31,157 nucleotides of DNA from Acidobacteriota bacterium (lineage in GTDB: Bacteria; Acidobacteriota; Polarisedimenticolia; Polarisedimenticolales; JBBIHW01). This document shows positions 24,192 through 31,157 of this stretch, piece by piece. Location of the stretch: positions 1 through 31,157 of the forward strand of contig JBBIHW010000001.1 of NCBI GenBank assembly GCA_037446795.1, read 5' to 3'. Positions within the stretch are counted from its first letter, which is position 1. Every line of letters begins with the position of its first letter. The notes below the pieces were generated by a model. That model saw only the letters and a program-made list of their open reading frames with translations, was not told where the DNA came from and ran no database searches. The position numbers were made by a program, and so were the translations under genes.

Positions 24192-26195
24192 GTGGCGCGG
24201 ATCGGCGTGTTCGTCTGCCACTGCGGGGAGAACATCGCCCGCACGGTGGACGTGGCGCGCGTGGCCGGCGAGGCGCGGAAGATGCCCGGGGTCGCCTTCG
24301 CCACCGACTACCTTTACATGTGCTCGGCGCCGGGCCAGAAGCTGCTCGCCGAAGCGATCGCCGAGCACGGCCTGACCGGTGTCGTCGTCTCCGCCTGTTC
24401 GCCGCAGCTCCACGAGCCGACCTTCCGCGCGGCGGCGGCGCAGGCCGGCCTCAACCCGTTCCTCTGCGAGATGGCCAACATCCGGGAGCAGTGCTCCTGG
24501 GTGCATCCGTCCCGGGAGGCGGGGACCGCCAAGGCGTGCCGGCTGGTCGCCGCCGCCGTCGAGAAGGTCCGCCACGCGCGGCCGCTCGAGCCGGCGGGGG
24601 TGCCCGTCACCCGCAGGGCCCTCGTGATCGGGGGCGGGGTGGCCGGCATCCGGGCGGCGCTGGACATCGCCTCGGCAGGTCACGAGGTCGTGCTCGTGGA
24701 AAAGCAGCCCTCGATCGGCGGCAACATGGCGCGCCTGTCCGAGACGTTCCCGACGCTCGACTGCTCGCAGTGCATCCTCACGCCGCTCATGGTAGAGGCG
24801 GCGCGCCACCCGAACATCGAGTTGCTGACCTCCGCGGAGGTGGAGGAGGTCGGCGGCTACGTGGGCTCCTTCCGCGTGCGCATCCGCAGGAAGCCCGCCT
24901 ACGTGAAGCCCGACCTCTGCACAGCATGCGGGGACTGCGCGTCGGCCTGTCCCGTGTCGGTGCCCAACGAGTTCGACCGCGGCCTGTCCTGGCGCAAGGC
25001 GATCTACATCCCGTTCCCTCAGGCCGTGCCCGCCACCTACACCCTCGACGCGAACAGCTGCCTCAACGCCAAGCAGGAATCGGCGACCGGCTACCGCGTG
25101 CTCGCCTGCGAGAGGTGCGCGGAGGCATGCGACCGGCAGGCCATTGACTACGACGCCCGGCCGGAGATCCTCGAGCGGGAGGTGGGCGCCATCGTCGCGG
25201 CCACCGGCTACGAGCTGCTGCCCCGCGGCTCGCTCGAGGAGTACGGCTACGGTCGCTACGCGGACGTCGTGGACGGCCTGGAGTTCGAGCGGCTGCTGTC
25301 GGCCTCGGGACCGACCGAGGGGGAACTCCGCAGGCCCTCGGACGGGCGCCCGGTGCGCGACGTGGTGTTCGTGCAGTGCGCGGGCTCGCGCGACCCGCGC
25401 CGCGGCGTGCCGTACTGCTCGCGCATCTGCTGCATGGTGACCGCGAAGCATGCGCTGCTGTTCAAGCACAAGGTCGCCGACGGGCGCGCCACGGTCTTCT
25501 ACATGGACATCCGCGCCGGAGGAAAGGGGTACGAGGAATTCGTCCGGCGCGTCATGGAGGAGGAGCGCGTCCTGTACGTCCGCGGGCGTGCGAGCCGCGT
25601 GGTACCGCACGACGGCGAGCTGGTGGTGTTCGGCGCGGACACGCTGTCCGGGCAGCCCGTGCAGGTGCGGGCCGATCTCGTGGTCCTGGCCACCGCGATG
25701 ACGCCCGCGCCGGGCGACCTCGCGGCCCGCCTCCGGATCCCCACGGACCCGCACGGCTTCTTCCAGGAGGCCCACCCGAAGCTCCGGCCTGTGGAGACCC
25801 TCGCCGCGGGGGTCTACGTCACGGGCGCCGCGCAGGCCCCCAAGGACATCCCGGACACGGTGGCGCAGGCCTCGGCCGCCGCCTCGAAGGCGCTCGAGCT
25901 GCTGTCCAGGACCGAGCTGCGGCGCGAGCCGACGACCGCCCGCGTCCGCGAGGCGCGCTGCATGGCCTGCTTCGAGTGCGCCCGGGTCTGCCCGTACAAG
26001 GCCGTCGCCGTCGAGGAGATCCGCGACCGGGAAGGGAAGGTCGTCAGGCAGGTGGCCGCCGTGCGGGTCGCGATGTGCGAGGGGTGCGGTGCGTGCGTGG
26101 GTGCGTGCAGGACCGGGGCGATGGACCTGGACGGGTTCGCGGACGAGCAGCTGTTCGCCCAGATCGAGGCGCTCGCGCGGAGGGAGGCGGCGTGA
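24192..26195 (+). CDS. hdrA: Heterodisulfide reductase subunit A (FAD, Fe-S; flavin-based electron bifurcation)
   Basis: RIGVFVCHCG, CSP..HE..FR, NIREQCSWVH, GGGVAG, TFPTLDCSQC, inserted ferredoxin CTACGDC..CP, CSRICCM and C-terminal ferredoxin motifs. Confidence 0.95.
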   Translation: MARIGVFVCHCGENIARTVDVARVAGEARKMPGVAFATDYLYMCSAPGQKLLAEAIAEHGLTGVVVSACSPQLHEPTFRAAAAQAGLNPFLCEMANIREQCSWVHPSREAGTAKACRLVAAAVEKVRHARPLEPAGVPVTRRALVIGGGVAGIRAALDIASAGHEVVLVEKQPSIGGNMARLSETFPTLDCSQCILTPLMVEAARHPNIELLTSAEVEEVGGYVGSFRVRIRRKPAYVKPDLCTACGDCASACPVSVPNEFDRGLSWRKAIYIPFPQAVPATYTLDANSCLNAKQESATGYRVLACERCAEACDRQAIDYDARPEILEREVGAIVAATGYELLPRGSLEEYGYGRYADVVDGLEFERLLSASGPTEGELRRPSDGRPVRDVVFVQCAGSRDPRRGVPYCSRICCMVTAKHALLFKHKVADGRATVFYMDIRAGGKGYEEFVRRVMEEERVLYVRGRASRVVPHDGELVVFGADTLSGQPVQVRADLVVLATAMTPAPGDLAARLRIPTDPHGFFQEAHPKLRPVETLAAGVYVTGAAQAPKDIPDTVAQASAAASKALELLSRTELRREPTTARVREARCMACFECARVCPYKAVAVEEIRDREGKVVRQVAAVRVAMCEGCGACVGACRTGAMDLDGFADEQLFAQIEALARREAA

Positions 26196-27613
26196 ACGGG
26201 ACCCTGCTCGAGATCGGGCCGCCCGCGGCGCGGGAGGAGCGGTCGGGGTTCGAGCCCGTGGTCGTGGCCATCGTGTGCAACTGGTGCACGTACGCGGGAG
26301 CCGACATGGCGGGGACGACGCGCAGGGCGTACCCGCCGAACGTGCGGCTGCTGCGCGTGCCGTGCACGGGACGCGTCAGCCCTCTGCAGGTCCTCAAGGC
26401 TTTCGAGCAGGGCGCGGACGGCGTGCTCGTGTCCGGCTGCCATCCCGGCGACTGCCACTACGTCCACGGGAACCTCGTCGCACGCAGGCGCCTCGCGATC
26501 CTCCGGGCGCTGCTCGACTTCGTCGGCCTCGACGCGCGGCGCTTCCACGTCTCGTGGGTGTCCGCCTCCGAGGGGGTCCGCTGGGCGCGCGTGGTCGAGA
26601 CGGTGACCCGTGCCGTGCGGGAGGCGGGGCCCCTCGACGCCTGGAGTCCCCGGGACGGCGAAGAGCCGGTCCGGCTCCCCGAGCCGCCCCCCGCCCCGTC
26701 TCCCCCCGCGTCGCCGGAGGAGCAGGAGGCGGTCGGCCGCAACCTGCGATCGCTCGCCGCGAGCCTCCTCGGGGAGGGCCGAGTGACCGTCTTCCTCGGC
26801 TACGGGGAGGCGACCCTTCCCGGCCGCGCCGTCCCGCTGCTCGCCACGGACCTCGCGGAAGCCAGCGCGCTGGTCTGGAACGACCGCTGCCACTCGAACC
26901 TCGCCGTGTACCTCGCCGGGCCGAACCGCGTCCCGGGGAAGGTCGCGGTCGTCCTCAAGGCCTGCGACGCGCGCGCGGTCATCGGGCTGCAGCAGGAAGG
27001 GCAGCTCCGGCGCGAGGACTTGGTCCTGGTCGGCGTGCGCTGCCCGGGAGTCCGCGAGGAGGACGGCCGGCTCGCGCTCAAGTGCCATGCCTGCGACGGG
27101 GAGGTCGCCGCGGGCTGCGACTTCACCGTGTCGGCCGATGGGGTGGAGACGGGCGCTGCGAGGTCGGCCGCTCCGCGCGCGGTGGCCCCGGACCCGCGCG
27201 ACGCCGCGATCGCCTTCCTCGAAGGGCTCCCTCCCGCGCGGCGCTGGGCGTTCTGGCGAGAGCAGTTCGACCGGTGCCTGCGGTGCTACGCGTGCCGTGC
27301 GGTCTGCCCGCTCTGCTACTGCGGCACCTGCATCAGCGAGCACCACCGGCCGCAGTGGATCCCCGCGTCCATCGGCCCGCGCGGGAACGCCTCGTGGAAC
27401 GCGATCCGGGCGTATCACCTCGCGGGCCGCTGCGCGGGCTGCGACGAGTGCACGCGGGCGTGCCCCGCGCGGCTGCGGCTCGACCTCCTCAACCGCCGCC
27501 TCGCCCTCGAGGTGGAGCGGCGGTTCGGCTACCGCGCGGGGGAGGACCCGAGCGCGGCGCCGCCCCTCGCCGCCTTCCGTCCGGAGGATCCGCAGGAGTT
27601 CGTCCACGCATGA
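26192..27613 (+). CDS. flxCD: MvhD/FlxD [2Fe-2S] domain fused to an FlxC-like 4Fe-4S domain (FlxCD fusion)
   Basis: CNWCTYAGAD, VPCTGRV and GCHPGDCHY (MvhD), then a Pro-rich linker, then CLRCYACRAVCPLCYC and HLAGRCAGCDECTRACP. Confidence 0.85.
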   Translation: MNGTLLEIGPPAAREERSGFEPVVVAIVCNWCTYAGADMAGTTRRAYPPNVRLLRVPCTGRVSPLQVLKAFEQGADGVLVSGCHPGDCHYVHGNLVARRRLAILRALLDFVGLDARRFHVSWVSASEGVRWARVVETVTRAVREAGPLDAWSPRDGEEPVRLPEPPPAPSPPASPEEQEAVGRNLRSLAASLLGEGRVTVFLGYGEATLPGRAVPLLATDLAEASALVWNDRCHSNLAVYLAGPNRVPGKVAVVLKACDARAVIGLQQEGQLRREDLVLVGVRCPGVREEDGRLALKCHACDGEVAAGCDFTVSADGVETGAARSAAPRAVAPDPRDAAIAFLEGLPPARRWAFWREQFDRCLRCYACRAVCPLCYCGTCISEHHRPQWIPASIGPRGNASWNAIRAYHLAGRCAGCDECTRACPARLRLDLLNRRLALEVERRFGYRAGEDPSAAPPLAAFRPEDPQEFVHA

Positions 27614-28677
27614 GCACCGCCTTCGATCGAAACGGGAGCTGGTCGCTGGACGCGGCCGATCTGCGAGCATGGATCGGAGGGCTCGTCGGCTCGGGCGCGC
27701 GCGTCGTGGCGCCCGCCGAGCGGGAGGGGCTGTGGACCTTTCGCCCGCTGCGCTCCGGCGAGGAGCTGGCGCTTCCCGCCGGATTCCCCGCGTGGTCGCC
27801 GAAGGAGTTCCTGTTCCCGAGGACGGAGACCCTGTTCCGGTACGAGTCGTCCGGAGGCGAGCCGGGGCTCGAGGATCCGGTGCGCGAGGACGTTCCGCAG
27901 GTCCTGTTCGGCCTGGCTCCGTGCGACGCCGCGGGGCTCGTCCGGCTCGACGCGGTGCTCGGCGCCGACCCGGCCTACGCCTCGCGCCGGGCGCTCACGA
28001 CGGTCGTCACGCTCGCCTGCGACGCGGCCCGCCCGGAATGCTTCTGCACCACGGTGGGCGGGAGCCCCCACGGCGAAGAAGGCGGCGATCTCCTCCTCGT
28101 CCCGAGCGACGGGGCCTTCCTGCTGCGGCCGCTCACCCGGAAGGGGACCGAGCTCGCGGCGGGGGCGTCGGCGAGCTGGGCGCCAGCGACCGCCGAGGCA
28201 TGGGAGCGCGCCCGAGCTCGCCTCCGCGAGGTCGCCGAGGCGGTGGGCCGGAGCCCTCTCGCGCATGGATTCGCCGAAGGGCTCGAGCGGCGGTTCGGCT
28301 CCCGGGCCTGGCAGCAGGTCGGCCGGCGCTGTCTCGGCTGCAGCATCTGCACCTACGTGTGCCCCTCCTGCTCCTGCTTCGACATCCAGGACGAGGGCTC
28401 GCCGGGCTGCGGGCGGCGCTGCCGGATCTGGGACAGCTGCACCTTCGGCCTGTTCACGCTGCACGCCTCCGGCCACAACCCCCGCCCGAACCAGGCGGCG
28501 CGCTACCGGCAGCGCGTGCTCCACAAGTTCAGCAGCTACCCGCTCGAGCACGGAGGGGTCCCGATGTGCGTCGGCTGCGGCCGGTGCGTGCGCCTGTGTC
28601 CGGCGGGCCTCGACGTGCGGGAGACCGTCGAGCGGGTCCTCGCCGAGGGAAAGGAGCCCCGGCATGCCGGCCCCTGA
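27610..28677 (+). CDS. flxB: FlxB/AsrA-like 4Fe-4S protein
   Basis: SPKEFLFP, PCD, CFC, CLGCSICTYVCPSCSCF, WDSC, RYRQR..HKF and CVGCGRCVRLCP. ATGA overlap. Confidence 0.85.
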   Translation: MSTAFDRNGSWSLDAADLRAWIGGLVGSGARVVAPAEREGLWTFRPLRSGEELALPAGFPAWSPKEFLFPRTETLFRYESSGGEPGLEDPVREDVPQVLFGLAPCDAAGLVRLDAVLGADPAYASRRALTTVVTLACDAARPECFCTTVGGSPHGEEGGDLLLVPSDGAFLLRPLTRKGTELAAGASASWAPATAEAWERARARLREVAEAVGRSPLAHGFAEGLERRFGSRAWQQVGRRCLGCSICTYVCPSCSCFDIQDEGSPGCGRRCRIWDSCTFGLFTLHASGHNPRPNQAARYRQRVLHKFSSYPLEHGGVPMCVGCGRCVRLCPAGLDVRETVERVLAEGKEPRHAGP

Positions 28678-29551
28678 CCCCGCCTCGGCCCCGTCGCTCT
28701 CCCGCGAGGCGCCGGGAAACGGGAACGCGAGCCCGTTCCGGCCCCGCCTGTTCCGGATCGCGAGCTATCGGGACGAAACACCCGACGTGCGGACGTTCCG
28801 GCTCGAGCGGGCCGACGGGGGAGGGCCGCTTCGCTGGAGGCCGGGACAGTTCGTTCACGTCTCGGTGTTCGGTGCGGGCGAGGCGGTCTTCACCCTCGCC
28901 AGCTCGCCCTCCCGCGGCGAGACGGTGGAGTGCACGGTCCGCGCGGTGGGCAAGGTGACCGAGGCGCTGCGCGGCCTCGGCGAGGGGGACGTCGTCGGCG
29001 TGCGCGGCCCCTATGGAACTGCGTTTCCGGTGGACGAGTGGCGCGGATCCGACCTGGCGTTCGTCGGCGGCGGGATCGGCATGGCCGCGCTCCGGGCGCC
29101 GCTGCAGTGGGTGCTCGATCACCGGGAGGAGTACGGCGAGATCGTCGTCCTGAACGGCGCGCGCACCGTGGCCGACCTGGCCTACAAGGACGAGATGGGC
29201 GAGTGGGGCGCGGTACCCGCGACGCGCGTGGTCCGGACCGTGGATCCCGGAGGCGAGAGCCCGGGCTGGGACGGGGAGGTGGGCCTCCTGCCGCAGGTGT
29301 TCGAGAGGCTCGCTCTCGCCCCGCAGGGGCGGATCGTGGTCACGTGCGGCCCGCCGGTGATGCTCCACTACATGTTCCTCGCCCTCGGGCGCATGGGCTA
29401 CGCGCCCGAGCGCGTGGTGACGACGCTCGAAAACAAGATGAAGTGCGGGTTGGGCCTGTGCGGGCGCTGCAACGTGGGGCGCTTCTTCGTGTGCACGGAC
29501 GGCCCCGTGGTGACGTGGGCGAGGCTCCAGGGCCTGCCCGAGGACCTCTGA
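28664..29551 (+). CDS. flxA: FlxA/AsrB-like FAD/NAD(P)-binding oxidoreductase with [2Fe-2S]
   Basis: PGQFV, VRGPYG, GGGIGMAAL, CGPPVM and KMKCGLGLCGRCNVG...CTDGPV. AAGGAG SD. Confidence 0.9.
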   Translation: MPAPDPASAPSLSREAPGNGNASPFRPRLFRIASYRDETPDVRTFRLERADGGGPLRWRPGQFVHVSVFGAGEAVFTLASSPSRGETVECTVRAVGKVTEALRGLGEGDVVGVRGPYGTAFPVDEWRGSDLAFVGGGIGMAALRAPLQWVLDHREEYGEIVVLNGARTVADLAYKDEMGEWGAVPATRVVRTVDPGGESPGWDGEVGLLPQVFERLALAPQGRIVVTCGPPVMLHYMFLALGRMGYAPERVVTTLENKMKCGLGLCGRCNVGRFFVCTDGPVVTWARLQGLPEDL

Positions 29552-30465
29552 TGGAGGAAGGCATGAGGCTCGCGCGGGAGTGCGAGGAGGAGCCGGCGGA
29601 GCGGAGCTGGGCGCCGCAGGCGCTCGAGGGCGCGTTCGAGCACCCGGTGGAGGAGGCGCTTCGCAAGGACCGCCTCCCCCACATCTGGTGCCCCGGATGC
29701 GGCATCGGGACGGCGATGGGCGCCTTCATCGAGGCCCTCGACGACGCCGGCATCGTCCGCGACCGGCTGGCGATGGTGTCGGGCATCGGCTGCAGCGGCC
29801 GCGTGTCCGGCTATACCGACTGCGACAGCTTCCACACGACCCACGGCCGCGCGATCCCCTTCGCCCTCGGCCTCCACGTGGCGAACCCGGATCTGGAGGT
29901 CGTGGTCTTCAGCGGGGACGGCGACCTGGTGGCGATCGGGGGCAACCACCTCCTGCACGCAGCGCGTCGCAACGCGGACATCACCGTGATCTGCGTGAAC
30001 AACTTCAACTACGGGATGACCGGGGGTCAGCACGGCCCCACGAGCCATCCCGGCGCCCGCACGACCACCACACCGTACGGGAACCTGGAGCCGGCCTTCA
30101 ACCTGCCGCTGCTCGTGGGGGCGGCCGGGGCCACGTACGTGGCCCGCTGGACGGTGCTCGACCTCGGTCGCCTCAGGCGGTCCATCGCGGAGGCCCTGAG
30201 GCACGTCGGCTTCGCCTTCGTCGAGATCCTCTCGCCGTGCCCGATCTACTACGGCCGGTTCAACCGGAAGGCCGAGGCGCTCGACGAACTGCGGTCGTAC
30301 CAGGATCGGACCGAGGTCAAGAACTTCGCTCCCCTCGAAGAGTGCGCCCTGACCATGGACGGCAAGATCGTCGTCGGCAAGCTCGTCGAGCGCCGGGCCC
30401 CCACCCTCGTGGAGCTGGTCCGCGGCGAGCTGCCCCGGAGGGCGCTCGTGCGGGGCGGGAGGTAG
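29551..30465 (+). CDS. korB: 2-oxoacid:ferredoxin oxidoreductase beta subunit (TPP-binding)
   Basis: WCPGCG, SGIGCS, HTTHGRA and GDGD...NN..YGMTGGQ. TGATG overlap with flxA; ATG 29563 is an alternative start. Confidence 0.92.
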   Translation: MEEGMRLARECEEEPAERSWAPQALEGAFEHPVEEALRKDRLPHIWCPGCGIGTAMGAFIEALDDAGIVRDRLAMVSGIGCSGRVSGYTDCDSFHTTHGRAIPFALGLHVANPDLEVVVFSGDGDLVAIGGNHLLHAARRNADITVICVNNFNYGMTGGQHGPTSHPGARTTTTPYGNLEPAFNLPLLVGAAGATYVARWTVLDLGRLRRSIAEALRHVGFAFVEILSPCPIYYGRFNRKAEALDELRSYQDRTEVKNFAPLEECALTMDGKIVVGKLVERRAPTLVELVRGELPRRALVRGGR

Positions 30466-30469
30466 CCCG

Positions 30470-31045
30470 ATGGCCTCGAAGGGTCACGCGGAGGTGCGGA
30501 TCAGCGGCTTCGGCGGGCAGGGGGTCGTCCTGGCGGGCATCGTGCTGGGCCGCGCCGCTGCCGTCCACGAAGGGCGCAATGCCGTCCTCGCCCAGAGCTA
30601 CGGCCCCGAGTCGCGCGGCGGCGCCTCGTGCGCGGAGGTGGTCATTGACGACGGCGACATTGACTACCCGCACGTGGTGTCGCCGGACGTGGTCGTCGCC
30701 CTCTCGCAGCAGGCTTATGCGACCTACGGGGTGCGGCGTCCCGAGGGCGCGCTGCTCATCGCGGAAGAAGACCTGGTCGAGCTCGATTCCGAGGCGGAGC
30801 GGGGCCGGAGGGTGCTCCGCGGGCGCTTCACCGCGATCGCCGAGCAGGTCGGCCGGCGGATCGTCCTCAACATGGTGGCGCTCGGGTTCCTGGTCGGCGC
30901 CACCGAGATCGTCTCCCGAGAGGCGGCGCGCGACGCGATCGCGGCCACGGTGCCCCGGGGAACCGAGGAGCTGAACCTGCGCGCCTTCGACGAGGGCTAC
31001 GCCCTCGGCGCGCGGGCCACCGCACAGGAGGAGGCGCGGCGATGA
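30470..31045 (+). CDS. korC: 2-oxoacid:ferredoxin oxidoreductase gamma subunit
   Basis: SGFGGQGVVLAG, QSYGPESRGGAS, NMVALG and NLRAFDEG. Confidence 0.92.
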   Translation: MASKGHAEVRISGFGGQGVVLAGIVLGRAAAVHEGRNAVLAQSYGPESRGGASCAEVVIDDGDIDYPHVVSPDVVVALSQQAYATYGVRRPEGALLIAEEDLVELDSEAERGRRVLRGRFTAIAEQVGRRIVLNMVALGFLVGATEIVSREAARDAIAATVPRGTEELNLRAFDEGYALGARATAQEEARR

Positions 31046-31157
31046 TCCAGTCGCCCCGCCCGCCTGCGGACCTGGCTGCCGCCCACGAGCTCTGGGCGTG
31101 CTACCAGTGCGGCAAGTGCACCGCCGACTGCCCGTTCGGCCTGAGCCCGAGCCTCGT
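31042..31157 (+). CDS. hdrC: HdrC-like 4Fe-4S protein, truncated by the window end
   Basis: ATGA overlap with korC after GGAGGAGG. MIQSPRPPADLAAAHELWACYQCGKCTADCPF resembles the HdrC motif CYQCGKCTAGCP. Only 38 codons are visible. Confidence 0.6.
   Translation, partial: MIQSPRPPADLAAAHELWACYQCGKCTADCPFGLSPSL

Noticed and set aside
24192-27613. Selenocysteine codons in HdrA or MvhD
   Set aside because: All relevant positions are TGC, with no in-frame TGA.
1-31157. rRNA, tRNA, CRISPR arrays, transposases/integrases
   Set aside because: None recognised. Composition looks uniform by eye, with no spaced direct repeats or terminal inverted repeats.

Overview
A very GC-rich bacterial chromosomal window (taxon not determinable from sequence). 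I saw no rRNA, tRNA, CRISPR array or mobile element. The left third holds a truncated RNase E/G gene, a family-5 solute-binding lipoprotein coupled to a hybrid histidine kinase, an AtuA (DUF1446)/enoyl-CoA hydratase cluster, an M24 peptidase, an alpha/beta hydrolase and a small membrane protein. From about 11.3 kb to the end is an anaerobic energy-metabolism island. It contains (i) a SelW/Rdx-like protein with an in-frame UGA in a CxxU motif and a SECIS-like hairpin, which the ORF track truncates; (ii) a NifJ-type pyruvate:ferredoxin oxidoreductase broken by a 1-nt frameshift; (iii) an operon for a triheme c7-type cytochrome, a HybA-like Fe-S protein and an NrfD/HybB membrane protein, followed by a heme-motif sensor kinase with a Cys-rich insert, a lone receiver and a membrane-anchored receiver fused to a GcvH-like domain lacking the lipoyl lysine; (iv) a small Cys-rich protein and a hemerythrin-like protein; and (v) a tightly coupled operon korD-korA-hdrA-flxDC-flxB-flxA-korB-korC-hdrC (truncated), in which 2-oxoacid:ferredoxin oxidoreductase genes are split around an Hdr-Flx electron-bifurcation module. 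Sigma54-type -24/-12 motifs precede units (ii), (iii) and (v). All family assignments come from motif recognition by eye; no database search was run.
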